Shown: positions 6,482 to 16,233 of the stretch, piece after piece
Layout of the letters: each line of letters starts with the position of its first letter
How positions within the stretch are numbered: position 1 is the first letter of the stretch
From: Candidatus Poriferihabitaceae bacterium
GTDB lineage: Bacteria > Pseudomonadota > Gammaproteobacteria > Arenicellales > Poriferihabitantaceae
Length of the DNA stretch: 64,000 nucleotides
Reading direction: 5' to 3'
NCBI GenBank assembly: GCA_965237995.1
Contig: CBDEGO010000004.1
Coordinates: 451,780-515,779, forward strand
Notes under the pieces: model-generated
Told to the model about the DNA's origin: nothing
The model's input: only the letters and a program-made list of their open reading frames with translations
Database searches by the model: none
Position numbers and translations under genes: made by a program

Positions 6482-7300
6482 ATGATTCTTGATCAGTTTT
6501 TGAAAGCCTTAAAAACCAGCGCACTTATTTTAGGCTTATTGCTTATCTTCGCGCTTCCTAGTGTCTTTGCCGCAGAAGATAGCGCAGACCTGATTTGGGC
6601 GCAAACACTCGAACAGTACGTAAATGACAAGGGTTTTGTCGATTATGACAGCCTCAGCAAAAACCGAACTGAATTTGATCAATATATTCTAAAACTGCAA
6701 ACCACAGGCCCAACCACCACCCCCGAAAACTATGGCAGCGCTCATTCACAGCTAGCGTATTACATCAATGCTTATAATGCGATGGTGTTTAAAGGCGTGC
6801 TAGACCGAGGACCTGAAAAAGAGAGCGTTTGGAAGGGTTGGATTTCTGGCCTAAACTTCTTTGTTCGCATGGACATTGTCGTTGACGGCAAGAAAACCAA
6901 TTTAAAAAAACTAGAAGACAAAGTGGTTCGCGCGCAGTTTAAAGACCCGCGCATTCATGCCGCTTTAAACTGCGCATCGGTTAGTTGCCCTCGGCTGATT
7001 CAAGAACCGTATGTTGCCGAAAAGCTTGACCAACAACTTGACGATGCAATGCACGAATTCCTTAATAGCGATATGCATGTGTTGGTAAATGCTGAGAAAC
7101 AAACCGTTGGTTTATCGAAAATACTCGATTGGTACGATTCTGATTTTACCGCCTACGAAGCCCAACAAGGTAATACCGCAGGTAGCAAAAATAGCCGCCT
7201 ATTGAATTTCGTGAATCGCTACCGCGATAAGGCGTCGCAAATTCCGATCGACTATAAAGTGCGATTACTTAAGTACGACAAAGGCATCAATGCGCAGTAA
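6482..7300 (+). CDS. DUF547 domain-containing exported protein
   Basis: Signal peptide ...LIFALPSVFAAED. The motif HAALNCASVSCPRL is what I recall as the DUF547 hallmark. Confidence 0.65.
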   Translation: MILDQFLKALKTSALILGLLLIFALPSVFAAEDSADLIWAQTLEQYVNDKGFVDYDSLSKNRTEFDQYILKLQTTGPTTTPENYGSAHSQLAYYINAYNAMVFKGVLDRGPEKESVWKGWISGLNFFVRMDIVVDGKKTNLKKLEDKVVRAQFKDPRIHAALNCASVSCPRLIQEPYVAEKLDQQLDDAMHEFLNSDMHVLVNAEKQTVGLSKILDWYDSDFTAYEAQQGNTAGSKNSRLLNFVNRYRDKASQIPIDYKVRLLKYDKGINAQ

Positions 7301-7324
7301 ACTAAATTCGGAAGTTAAGACAAA

Positions 7325-7657
7325 TTACAACTGCGCGATGGTTATTGCGTATTTAGCTGCACACGCAAACAAGACCACTAGGACTATTGGCTTGGCTTTA
7401 AGTAATACCGAAGGAACACGCGCAGAGCACAACAAATAAGCTGCCGTAATGATCATTACCACCCCTGACACTAAAGCCGCCAAGCCCCAAAACTCGGTTA
7501 AATGTTGCAAGCCATACCATAGCGCATTCCACAGGCCCGCCGCGAGTAGCACCCACCCCACTATAGCACTTAACCAATTCGGCAGCTTGCTCTGCAATAA
7601 AGCCGTAACCAGACCTGCGATCATGCAAGCCGTGACAATTGTTCCCATTGGAAGCAT
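7325..7657 (-). CDS. Small integral membrane protein (hypothetical)
   Basis: 110 aa with four hydrophobic segments. Two overlapping alternative-frame ORFs were rejected in its favour. Confidence 0.45.
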   Translation of the reverse strand: MLPMGTIVTACMIAGLVTALLQSKLPNWLSAIVGWVLLAAGLWNALWYGLQHLTEFWGLAALVSGVVMIITAAYLLCSARVPSVLLKAKPIVLVVLFACAAKYAITIAQL

Positions 7658-7758
7658 ATCAAACCCTCATTAGTAATTCGCCTCGATATTAAGTGACTCC
7701 CTATTCTTAGGCAAGCATCAAGCTTGTCGCTGGGCCTTGTCTGAGCGAGAATAGCGCC

Positions 7759-8796
7759 ATGCAAACATCAAAAATAATTCATACGGTTAGTTGTCATGCT
7801 GAAGGTGAAGTGGGCGACGTTATTGTCGGCGGCGTTCAAACTCCGCCCGGCGACACCATTTGGGAACAATCTCGATGGATTGCCGAAAATCAAAGCCTGC
7901 GTAATTTTATGCTGAACGAACCGCGTGGCGGGGTATTTCGACATATTAATTTACTGGTGCCACCTAAACACCCTGACGCTGATATGGGTTGGATTATCAT
8001 GGAACCGGAAGATACGCCCCCTATGTCGGGTTCTAACTCAATTTGCGTAGCCACTGTCATGTTAGAGACGGGTATTGTGCCCATGGTGGAGCCCATAACG
8101 GAACTGACGTTAGAAGCCCCCGGCGGGCTCGTAAAGATATCAGCACACTGCGAAGGTGGCAAAGTACGGTCAGTTAAAACCTATAATCATGCTTCTTTTG
8201 TTACCGCACTGGACCAAACGCTTGAGGTAGAAGGCATTGGCTCGATACAAGTCGATATTGCATACGGTGGAGACAGCTTCGTTATTGTTGATGCACAAAG
8301 CCTGGACTTCACTTTAACAATGGACGAAGGTCGGTCTATCGCAGAAGTGGGTACTTGGATAACCCAAGCGGCCAATCAGCAGCTGGGCTTTAGCCACCCA
8401 AGCAATACTGATTGGAATCACATCTCGTTTTGCCAACTGACTCTACCGATCACCGAAGAAGGTGGCGTTAAGTCGGGTAAGAATGCAGTCGTAGTTCAAC
8501 CGGGAAAGATAGACCGGTCCCCTACTGGGACAGGCTGCTCCGCGCGCTTGGCGTTATTGCACGCCAAAGGCGAAATAAAAGTGGGTGAGCCGTTTATTGG
8601 GCGTTCAATTATCGATTCGCGCTTTGATTGCAAAATTGAAGCTCTCACCACGGTTGGCGACCTGCCTGCAGTATTACCTTCCTTGCAAGGTCGTGCGTGG
8701 ATTACAGGCACGCATCAACATATGCTCTGCCCTACCGACCCTTGGCCTGAGGGTTACAAGATTTCAGATACTTGGCCAGAGAAACTGATCGTATAG
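7759..8796 (+). CDS. Proline racemase / hydroxyproline epimerase-dehydratase family protein (non-canonical catalytic pair)
   Basis: The N-terminus [24 protein letters not shown] and DRSPTGTG are family hallmarks. PMSGSNS has Ser where the first catalytic Cys sits. [11 protein letters not shown] has Thr where the second Cys sits. Confidence 0.8.
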   Translation: MQTSKIIHTVSCHAEGEVGDVIVGGVQTPPGDTIWEQSRWIAENQSLRNFMLNEPRGGVFRHINLLVPPKHPDADMGWIIMEPEDTPPMSGSNSICVATVMLETGIVPMVEPITELTLEAPGGLVKISAHCEGGKVRSVKTYNHASFVTALDQTLEVEGIGSIQVDIAYGGDSFVIVDAQSLDFTLTMDEGRSIAEVGTWITQAANQQLGFSHPSNTDWNHISFCQLTLPITEEGGVKSGKNAVVVQPGKIDRSPTGTGCSARLALLHAKGEIKVGEPFIGRSIIDSRFDCKIEALTTVGDLPAVLPSLQGRAWITGTHQHMLCPTDPWPEGYKISDTWPEKLIV

Positions 8797-8827
8797 ACCA
8801 AGCATTACAACTCCGATAAAATTGACT

Positions 8828-9934
8828 ATGAACATCTGCGAAATTCACGTTTACCAAAAAGATCTGCACATCGTCGATGGCCCTTACACCATGTCGACCA
8901 TGACATTAGATTCCATCGATACCACTATTGTCAAAATAGTATCAGATAGTAATTTGATTGGCTGGGGAGAAGTGGCGCCACTTGGCCCAAATTATCAGCC
9001 GCAACACGCTTTAGGGGCAAGAGCCGCTATTGCACAAATGTCACCGTGGTTAATTGGTCGTTCTTGTTTAGACTACTTACCGCTACGACGCCATATGGAC
9101 AGTTTGTTAAATGGGCACAACTACGCTAAAGCCGCAATCGAAATCGCGGTGATGGATTTAGTCGGTAAGCACCATGGCGCTCGAGTATGCGACTTATTAG
9201 GTGGCGCGGTGCGTGAGCGCCTACCCGCCTACTACGCTGTGGGCATCGGTAACCCTGTGCAAACGGCACAAACAGCAGTGGAGAAAATAAATACAGGTTA
9301 TAAACGTCTACAATTTAAAATTGGGGGTCGTGACGTAGCCACTGACATAGCGGTTATCAAAGAGGTATGGAAAACCATCGGTGACCAAGCGCAAATTGTG
9401 GTTGATGCAAACCGAGGCTTAACGGCCAGTCAGGCGATGCGCTTTAGCTTAAGTTGCCGCGACATTCCTCTAACCATGGAGCAACCCTGCAATACCATGG
9501 AAGAAGTCAAATCGATTCGACCACAAATATGTCACCCATTAGCCATCGACGAAAACTTAGAAAGCATCAGCGACGTTTTACGCGCGATATCAATGGATGT
9601 TTGCGATGCCTTTGGCCTGAAAATAAGTCGCCTCGGCGGCCTCAGCGCCATGGCAACCGTACGCGATATTTGTGAAGCCCGCTCAATTCCACATAGCATG
9701 GAAGACAGCTGGGGAGGCGATATTACCTCAGCTGCTATTTTGCATATGGCCGCAACAGTTAAGCCAGAAATGCTAGAAGGTGTTTGGACATCAGGAAACT
9801 ATATCGAGGAACACTACGACCCCATCAATGGCATTAAAGTAAATAACGGTTTTTTTGATCTACCCGCTGGGCCTGGGTTGGGCATTACGCCAGATGAAAG
9901 CCGAATTGGCACACTAGTCGCTTCTTATAGCTAA
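8828..9934 (+). CDS. Enolase superfamily, mandelate racemase/muconate lactonizing enzyme family protein
   Basis: Metal-ligand contexts VVDAN, MEQP and AIDEN. General-base contexts QFKIGG and GLKISRLGG. I preferred the ATG at 8828 over the TTG at 8822. Confidence 0.8.
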   Translation: MNICEIHVYQKDLHIVDGPYTMSTMTLDSIDTTIVKIVSDSNLIGWGEVAPLGPNYQPQHALGARAAIAQMSPWLIGRSCLDYLPLRRHMDSLLNGHNYAKAAIEIAVMDLVGKHHGARVCDLLGGAVRERLPAYYAVGIGNPVQTAQTAVEKINTGYKRLQFKIGGRDVATDIAVIKEVWKTIGDQAQIVVDANRGLTASQAMRFSLSCRDIPLTMEQPCNTMEEVKSIRPQICHPLAIDENLESISDVLRAISMDVCDAFGLKISRLGGLSAMATVRDICEARSIPHSMEDSWGGDITSAAILHMAATVKPEMLEGVWTSGNYIEEHYDPINGIKVNNGFFDLPAGPGLGITPDESRIGTLVASYS

Positions 9935-10032
9935 TGGATAATATAGTAAGCGTGCAGTTTCAAGAGATAGTGAGGGTAAAGGGGAAAAACGAGTCTATCG
10001 ATAACACCCCAGAATATTATCTATCAATATAG

Positions 10033-11379
10033 TTACCCCTTCGCTTCAGCGCGCTTTTGATATTTACGTTTTTTGCGCCATAGTCGCAATTTAATCAACG
10101 GCACCATCGCTTTAGAAGTGAGTATTTTGGCGATGCTATAACGCAGCCATTGGTGTTGACCTGTCCACAAAAACATCGACACTAAGCGCTCCATCAGTTT
10201 TTCCTTGGCTGATGCTTCTGGTGTTTGTCTGTCATACGTAGGCACGGCGATGCCTTTGGCTTGCCACCGAGCTAAGCGCAATGGCGCAGTTAAGCCTTTA
10301 CGTTGAGTGCGCATTTTATGGGTTTTATAAGCTGGGTCTTCACTCACGTCTTGTAGCGTTAAAGCCCCTCTTTGCAGGGCCTTTTCTACAATTTGTTGGC
10401 CGCGTTCACTGCGCACCAAGGTTCGAGATTGTGAGTTAAACTTATATTTCCCGTCCTCGTTACGCGTCCACGCATCGCCCACGGCGATATCGGCAAATAG
10501 GTTAGAGCCGTCATAACAAACTTGGCAGCGTTTAGGCAAATAAATACCAATGAGATAATTGTAGGCGCCATCTTTATAGTTGGAGTAATGTACCGCTTGG
10601 GGTGGCTTATCCTTAAAAATTGCGCGCATTTGACCAGGCCACTCACCACCGCGAAATTCAAAATCGGTGATGCTTGATACAGGAATATTCTTGGTTTTAA
10701 GTAATTCAGGCACCACCATCGGCTCGAGCGCACCGCCGCAGTAGGTACCAAAGATAGCGACGATGCGTTCTTGTAGAACTGGGTCGATACTCAAGGCTTC
10801 GCGCAGACCGTGATTATGACAAGGCAAACCCACTACCGCGTATTTCCCCGGCGTATCGCGTATTTCTTGCAACAAGGTGTTGAGCGGAATAATGGTGTAG
10901 CGTGAACCCTGACTAGCAATGATCTCTTGTTTGCTTCGCGCGATAAATGGTTCACCCATCCACGGTTTGTCGGCGCGCATTCGGGTGACCACGCAGCCAT
11001 CTATTTCTCCGTTTTCAAGCATATCAACCGCTAATGCAGAAATAATACCCCCCCCAGTGGCACGAACTCTTAGCGCGTCATCATTAGCATGTCCGATATA
11101 AATATTGGCTGTGTATCCGTCGAAGCTACCGTCGTCATCTTTAGAAAATGTTTGCTGGCTCAGTTTGTTGAAATTGACTTTACCACCCGGGCACACTTCA
11201 CCGCATTTGCCACACGCAGTGCAGGCATCTAGGTCTAAAACGGGGTAATAGTTTTCGTCTAGGGAAATGGCTTTTTCGGGGCAAACCCCTACGCATGTCC
11301 CGCTGCGTGCGCACAGTGATTGGTCGGTAAAACCGATCGAGAGCTTTGCCTTAAGATCAGGGCTAATATTGGTTTGCAC
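10033..11379 (-). CDS. FrhB-like (coenzyme F420 hydrogenase/dehydrogenase beta subunit family) Fe-S flavoprotein
   Basis: N-terminal ferredoxin-type motifs CARSGTCVGVCP and CTACGKCGEVCP are followed by an FrhB-like domain of about 350 aa. It is the last gene of the glycan operon. Confidence 0.65.
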   Translation of the reverse strand: MQTNISPDLKAKLSIGFTDQSLCARSGTCVGVCPEKAISLDENYYPVLDLDACTACGKCGEVCPGGKVNFNKLSQQTFSKDDDGSFDGYTANIYIGHANDDALRVRATGGGIISALAVDMLENGEIDGCVVTRMRADKPWMGEPFIARSKQEIIASQGSRYTIIPLNTLLQEIRDTPGKYAVVGLPCHNHGLREALSIDPVLQERIVAIFGTYCGGALEPMVVPELLKTKNIPVSSITDFEFRGGEWPGQMRAIFKDKPPQAVHYSNYKDGAYNYLIGIYLPKRCQVCYDGSNLFADIAVGDAWTRNEDGKYKFNSQSRTLVRSERGQQIVEKALQRGALTLQDVSEDPAYKTHKMRTQRKGLTAPLRLARWQAKGIAVPTYDRQTPEASAKEKLMERLVSMFLWTGQHQWLRYSIAKILTSKAMVPLIKLRLWRKKRKYQKRAEAKG

Positions 11380-11382
11380 AGG

Positions 11383-13251
11383 CTAACTGACCTTGGCTAT
11401 ATCGAGCAAGCCATATAAAACAAACGACACGGTAGCAAGAGTGAAAAGCAACAGCATAAGAGCGCTAAGCAGGCGCTTATTTAAAACTGATTGAAGCCAA
11501 ACCAGTGTCACACCAAATATGGGCGCCATTGCAAAGTAATAACGACCTTGAGGTTGAAAGTCTACCGTCCAAGACTTGTAGATGGTGATGAGGATTAAAC
11601 CGATAAATAAAGCTAGATTAAGTGCTAATACGCTACGCTGAAATCCGTTACCGCGCACCATAACCTGCCAGATGAGGCTCAGCACCAATAGAGCAAGTAT
11701 TAGCTTGACGAACAAATAATGTAGCTGTGTCGCAGGTAATTCAACGTAGCCATAATTGCCAAAAGCAGATTTAAAAACCGCATTTACCCAGCCGTAGCTA
11801 AGCATGGTTGGAATTGAGATATCTCGCTTATCGAGGCTTAAAGACCAGTTTTGGTCTTCTATCGGCGTACTGGGTTTATAGGCCGTATCGGCAGTTTGTT
11901 CTCGACAGTCAATGACCTTGTCACGGCGGGTAAAATCGTTGACAACGTTTTGACTGAAATGCCAAGTAGAGTAGCCAATTAAGCCAAGCAGGATAATTAC
12001 ACCTAATGATTTAGCCGGCTGTATAAGGTTTTGCCAGTGTTTACGAGATGGCAATGCAAGCAAGGCAGCGCTGGCAAAAAGAAATAAGGTAAAGAAATAA
12101 AAATTCTTCTTCGTTAAAAACAAGAACGTCGCTAAAAATCCTAGCCCAATTAAAGGCAGGATGACTTTATCTACTTTGCCGCTCAGTAATTTTCTGAAAC
12201 TGCTATTTTCACTAATCACTTGGTTACCAATAACAAATGCCGCCAGTAAAGCAGAAGCATCTGAATTGAAATAGCTAAACAAATACCACAATTGCGGGGA
12301 AAGCAACATGGGGGTTAGCAGCAAGCGCGCTTGCGGGTTACGCACCGCTAACAGCAGTAGCAAGGCGAACAAGAGTACGTTGAAAAAACGCAACTTGACG
12401 TATGTTTTAACGGGTATGAAGTCGACTAATTGTAAATAACGTCCAGCGACATAGTACGTTAACTCATCGGCGTTAAGTCGCGAAGTGCCGTATACCGTAT
12501 ACGATGGCAAGGTGTCTTTGGTGCAGACTTGCGGCAAGCTTAGGTTGTTTTCAAAATACTGCGCCGCCGCGATATGCGCGTGCTCATCCGGGTGAGCGTG
12601 CGGTCGGCTGATAATTGCCATAATGGTGATTAACACCAACACTAAGCCCATTGCGTAGGGCACAAAGCTAAAACTGGTTGGAATCAACGGATAAGTTCGC
12701 AACAACAATAGACCAATCGCGACCATAACCGCTAACCTAAACAGATGCGTTAGCCAGCTGTCTGGTTCAGGCTCTAAATTCAAGTCATAGGTAAAATTTG
12801 AATCATGGTCGGTGGCGTAATACACCAAGCCTTCCTGATCGAACTCTAGCAACGCGACTTGATTACGCGCCTTTAAATTCTTGAGCTCTTCTTTGTGTAT
12901 GCGTATCGTTTTATATCCCGCTTGATAGATGTTGATCGCCTTGATACGGAATAGTCCGCGGATGTTGGTCGGGTCGATACGCAAGTGGTCGATATCGCGT
13001 AAGTCGGTGAGTACGGTCGAGTAGGTGTTTCGAGGGCGCGTAAGTTTGATCAAACTCGACTTATTATCGTCGTAAGTTTCGTCCTTATCATGCGCCCAAT
13101 AAATGCGAAAGTTAGTGCTGTGCCCGACATCGATGTCGATCGTCACAAACGCACGGGTGGTCATATACCAATACAAACCCAATGAAACCGTGCAAATCAG
13201 CGCGAATAGTAAAACTTGTGCGCGCGAAAAATCCGACAAGCGTGGCAGCAT
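11383..13251 (-). CDS. Polytopic membrane protein, GT-C/DUF2142-like putative glycosyltransferase
   Basis: 622 aa. One TM segment and a domain of about 150 aa precede more than 10 TM segments. The loop motif HPDEHAHIAAAQYF (PDExxH type) is shared with the ORF at 61669-63465. Confidence 0.5.
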   Translation of the reverse strand: MLPRLSDFSRAQVLLFALICTVSLGLYWYMTTRAFVTIDIDVGHSTNFRIYWAHDKDETYDDNKSSLIKLTRPRNTYSTVLTDLRDIDHLRIDPTNIRGLFRIKAINIYQAGYKTIRIHKEELKNLKARNQVALLEFDQEGLVYYATDHDSNFTYDLNLEPEPDSWLTHLFRLAVMVAIGLLLLRTYPLIPTSFSFVPYAMGLVLVLITIMAIISRPHAHPDEHAHIAAAQYFENNLSLPQVCTKDTLPSYTVYGTSRLNADELTYYVAGRYLQLVDFIPVKTYVKLRFFNVLLFALLLLLAVRNPQARLLLTPMLLSPQLWYLFSYFNSDASALLAAFVIGNQVISENSSFRKLLSGKVDKVILPLIGLGFLATFLFLTKKNFYFFTLFLFASAALLALPSRKHWQNLIQPAKSLGVIILLGLIGYSTWHFSQNVVNDFTRRDKVIDCREQTADTAYKPSTPIEDQNWSLSLDKRDISIPTMLSYGWVNAVFKSAFGNYGYVELPATQLHYLFVKLILALLVLSLIWQVMVRGNGFQRSVLALNLALFIGLILITIYKSWTVDFQPQGRYYFAMAPIFGVTLVWLQSVLNKRLLSALMLLLFTLATVSFVLYGLLDIAKVS

Positions 13252-13253
13252 GC

Positions 13254-13994
13254 TTACTTACGCATCCGAATAACTTTTGCAGGGGTGCCCACCGCGATGG
13301 CATATTCTGGGATATCTTCTGTCACTACCGAACCAGCGCCGATGATTGCACCTGCGCCGATGTTGGTGCCATCATTGACGATCACATGTGCGCCAAGCCA
13401 AACATCGTCGCCAAAGGTGACACCGCCTTTAGAAACCATTTCCTGTTCGGTGATGGGCGTGTCAGTATCTTCAAAGCCGTGGCTTAAGCCGCCAATGTAG
13501 CAACGTCCACCAAATAGGCAATGCTCACCAATGGTTATTTGACTAGAAGTGCCAATGTGGCAATCAGGGCCAATATTACTGCCTGTCCCGATACTGATTG
13601 AACCCCCACGAGTGCGCAGTCGCACGTTTTGCCCAACCAACGATTTATCGTGAATGCGTATTTCGTCGTCACCTTCACCGCGCGCGGAAATTTGCACGTA
13701 ATCATCAATCACACAAGCGGAACCAATAACAACTCGGGCTGGGTTGCGTAAACCAATGTGATGCCCAAAAATAGTCTTTTTACCAACCGACTTGAATAAA
13801 CTAGGGAACAAGACTTTGCGCAGCGCTAAGCCTAATGCGCCTTGAATAGGAGAAATAAACGTGGTGCAAAACTCGTACATAATCAGCGAAAGCACCCTGC
13901 GATTACCGACTTGCAAGTCTTGGTATTTCTTGAAAAAACCGCGATCATCATCTTCCATGATTTTGGAAAATCGGTGGTGTTCGTTGCGGCTCAT
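13254..13994 (-). CDS. Hexapeptide-repeat (LbH) acyl/acetyltransferase
   Basis: The C-terminal half consists of imperfect hexapeptide repeats ([25 protein letters not shown]...[27 protein letters not shown]). Confidence 0.75.
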   Translation of the reverse strand: MSRNEHHRFSKIMEDDDRGFFKKYQDLQVGNRRVLSLIMYEFCTTFISPIQGALGLALRKVLFPSLFKSVGKKTIFGHHIGLRNPARVVIGSACVIDDYVQISARGEGDDEIRIHDKSLVGQNVRLRTRGGSISIGTGSNIGPDCHIGTSSQITIGEHCLFGGRCYIGGLSHGFEDTDTPITEQEMVSKGGVTFGDDVWLGAHVIVNDGTNIGAGAIIGAGSVVTEDIPEYAIAVGTPAKVIRMRK

Positions 13995-14036
13995 TGCGGT
14001 CTATCGGCTCTGGAAGAGAGGCCAATTATAATAGAA

Positions 14037-15020
14037 TCAGTCTTTGCTGTGGCTAGCAGTTTCAGGCGTGGCGCGCAGTCGCGCGAGATGCACTAAACCG
14101 CCAATAATAGCATTGACAATGGTTTTGAACCGCATCAACAACGCCGTGGCTAAAGCGAGTTCGGGGCTATAGCCAAATAAGATGAATATCGTTGTGTAGG
14201 CGGCTTCCATCACGCCTAAGCCACCGATCGAGACTGGCAGATTCATGATCAACATAATCGCTGGCACCGCGAGCAGCATATCAGTGAAGCGTACACCAGA
14301 GTCAAAGGCTTGCGCGCTAACCCATACGTTAATGACCGCCAACATATAAAACAGGCTAGAAATGCTTACTACGAAGAACAAGGTTTTCTTATCGTTTTTG
14401 TATTCAAAAACTGCTTGGTGAACCAACGATAGCTTTGAGAATATGTTGCCGATGGACGAATGAATCGGACTAAGTAAGTTAGAGACAAAATTAAACACTC
14501 TGACATCTAACACCAACCAAAGCAAAAACAACACCAAGCCAATAACAAATAACAAGCTATTGGTAATGAGTGGGATAGGGTCAGGGTGGGCGATTAATAC
14601 AATGCCAGAAACAGCCGCTAACACCACCATACCGATAAAACGCTCCATGAAAACCGAAGCAAAAGCTTCGTAATTTTCGCCAGTGTGCCGTCCTAAGTCC
14701 CATATTCGGGCCACATCACCACCCATACTGGTGGGCATAAACATGTTGAAAAAACGACCGATATAGTAAAAGCCTAGAAGACGCCAAAGCCCAACCGCAA
14801 TCTGCTTAGACTTAAGTAATATTTGCCAGCGCCAAGAACTGGTGACGTTTAACATCACGCTGATGATTAACGACAAAGCAAAGTAAATTGGGTTGACGTT
14901 TTTTAGCGTTTCTTTAAATCTACCTAAACCTTCAGTGGTATCTAGGCCTGTTTTATGAATAACGTACGCAATTAATCCAAAGCTTATGGCAACCTTCAAA
15001 ATGAAAAACAGCTTCTTCAT
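14037..15020 (-). CDS. UPF0104 / LPG-synthase-TM-like 'flippase-like' membrane protein
   Basis: 327 aa with about 8 TM segments. The N-terminus MKKLFFILKVAISFGLIAYVIHKTGLD and the overall layout are typical of this family. Confidence 0.6.
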   Translation of the reverse strand: MKKLFFILKVAISFGLIAYVIHKTGLDTTEGLGRFKETLKNVNPIYFALSLIISVMLNVTSSWRWQILLKSKQIAVGLWRLLGFYYIGRFFNMFMPTSMGGDVARIWDLGRHTGENYEAFASVFMERFIGMVVLAAVSGIVLIAHPDPIPLITNSLLFVIGLVLFLLWLVLDVRVFNFVSNLLSPIHSSIGNIFSKLSLVHQAVFEYKNDKKTLFFVVSISSLFYMLAVINVWVSAQAFDSGVRFTDMLLAVPAIMLIMNLPVSIGGLGVMEAAYTTIFILFGYSPELALATALLMRFKTIVNAIIGGLVHLARLRATPETASHSKD

Positions 15021-15035
15021 TACAACAATGTGCAG

Positions 15036-16217
15036 TTAGCTCAAATAAGGCTTTAAGAAGGTAGCGGTAAGTTTTGCTTTGCGCTTTTCGTCTTCTGCAA
15101 CCGGCGCCATTTGCGCTGCAACTTCTTTGCGCACTTCCCATAGTTTCTTGATTTGGTTTGCTAAGGAATCCGCGGTTAGATCAGCAAACGGAACCTGCCA
15201 ATCAACCATGCCAACGGTGCGTAAAAAACCGGTGCTTTTAGGGTAAGAAGTTAAGCCTATCATCGGTACGTTAGTCGCTGCGCTGAAAATTAACGGATGG
15301 GTACGCAAGCCGTTGTGCAATTCAAGCCGCTTAATAATGCCGGTAATGACTTCGAAGTTGTATTTAAGGCCTTCATTGCCAAAGATTTTAACGCGTGCTT
15401 TATTGCGCATTTTGGCGATGGTTTGCTCAGTCACAGGCTTGTCCATAATTTGCGTCACGATAAAAATAATATCAACGTCTAACTCGTCGATGACCTTATC
15501 TGCCGCTCCGGCAATATCGCTGCAAAAATCTTCTTGGCTATAGGTGCCGTCCATGCTCCAGTTATCAATGTAAGCATTTACGTTAAAACCGATGGTGCCC
15601 TTGGGGTTGGTAAATAAGCCCTCTTCCTTAATGATTTTGTCCATCACTTCATCTGAAGGGACTTCGGTGTTCATCGCGCAATCGGCGTGAATGGTCAGCT
15701 TAGGATAAGTAACGCCAATATTATCGAAAATCTCTTTAGTGGCTTCATCACGCGTCACAATCTCAACGGTCGCATCCAATACCTTCTGCAACGCCTTCTT
15801 ACCATACGGAAAGTCAATTGGGCCAACAGACACATTGTAAAGGAAAATTGGCACGCCTTTCTTTTTAGCGAAAGGGGCGAACAGTGCGATGGAAGACAGG
15901 TTGTTGAATAGCGGGTTATAAAACTTACGATCAAACAAAATGTTATCGCAAATTAAAATTAAATCGGTATCAGTCATGGCTTTATACATCGGCCAGCCTA
16001 GATTTCGGATGCTAAAATTCCAAGGCATCATCGGCACCGCTTTTACATTCAGGTGTCCATATTCCTGTTCGATATATTTTGCGTTAGTGGTGGGTACATA
16101 AAATTCGAGGTCATCGTAAATGTCAGTGATGTCCCGCAACATATTGCCCAAGATAGCCATATCACCCGCATTGCGGCCCGAATTGTTGCCTAATATCGTT
16201 ACTCTTTTCATTGCCAA
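15036..16217 (-). CDS. Polysaccharide pyruvyl transferase family protein
   Basis: 393 aa. The N-terminal ILGNNSGRNAGDMAILG segment resembles the G-N-x-G-D motif of WcaK/CsaB-type pyruvyl transferases. Confidence 0.65.
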   Translation of the reverse strand: MAMKRVTILGNNSGRNAGDMAILGNMLRDITDIYDDLEFYVPTTNAKYIEQEYGHLNVKAVPMMPWNFSIRNLGWPMYKAMTDTDLILICDNILFDRKFYNPLFNNLSSIALFAPFAKKKGVPIFLYNVSVGPIDFPYGKKALQKVLDATVEIVTRDEATKEIFDNIGVTYPKLTIHADCAMNTEVPSDEVMDKIIKEEGLFTNPKGTIGFNVNAYIDNWSMDGTYSQEDFCSDIAGAADKVIDELDVDIIFIVTQIMDKPVTEQTIAKMRNKARVKIFGNEGLKYNFEVITGIIKRLELHNGLRTHPLIFSAATNVPMIGLTSYPKSTGFLRTVGMVDWQVPFADLTADSLANQIKKLWEVRKEVAAQMAPVAEDEKRKAKLTATFLKPYLS

Positions 16218-16233
16218 TTGTTTGCCTTAAGGG

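Noticed and set aside
7398-7673. ORFs 7398-7628 (-) and 7449-7673 (+) overlapping the small membrane protein gene
   Set aside because: These are alternative frames of the same GC-rich hydrophobic-coding segment. The 110-aa frame gives coherent TM helices and the others do not.
10386-10751. 121-aa ORF in another frame within the FrhB-like gene
   Set aside because: It is nested in a 448-aa ORF that has recognisable Fe-S motifs. It has no independent support.
13112-13500. ORFs 13112-13303 (-), 13182-13487 (+) and 13216-13500 (+) around the junction of the GT-C-like and LbH genes
   Set aside because: They overlap well-supported genes. The plus-strand ones are antisense to the hexapeptide-repeat region, whose repetitive codons often leave antisense frames open.
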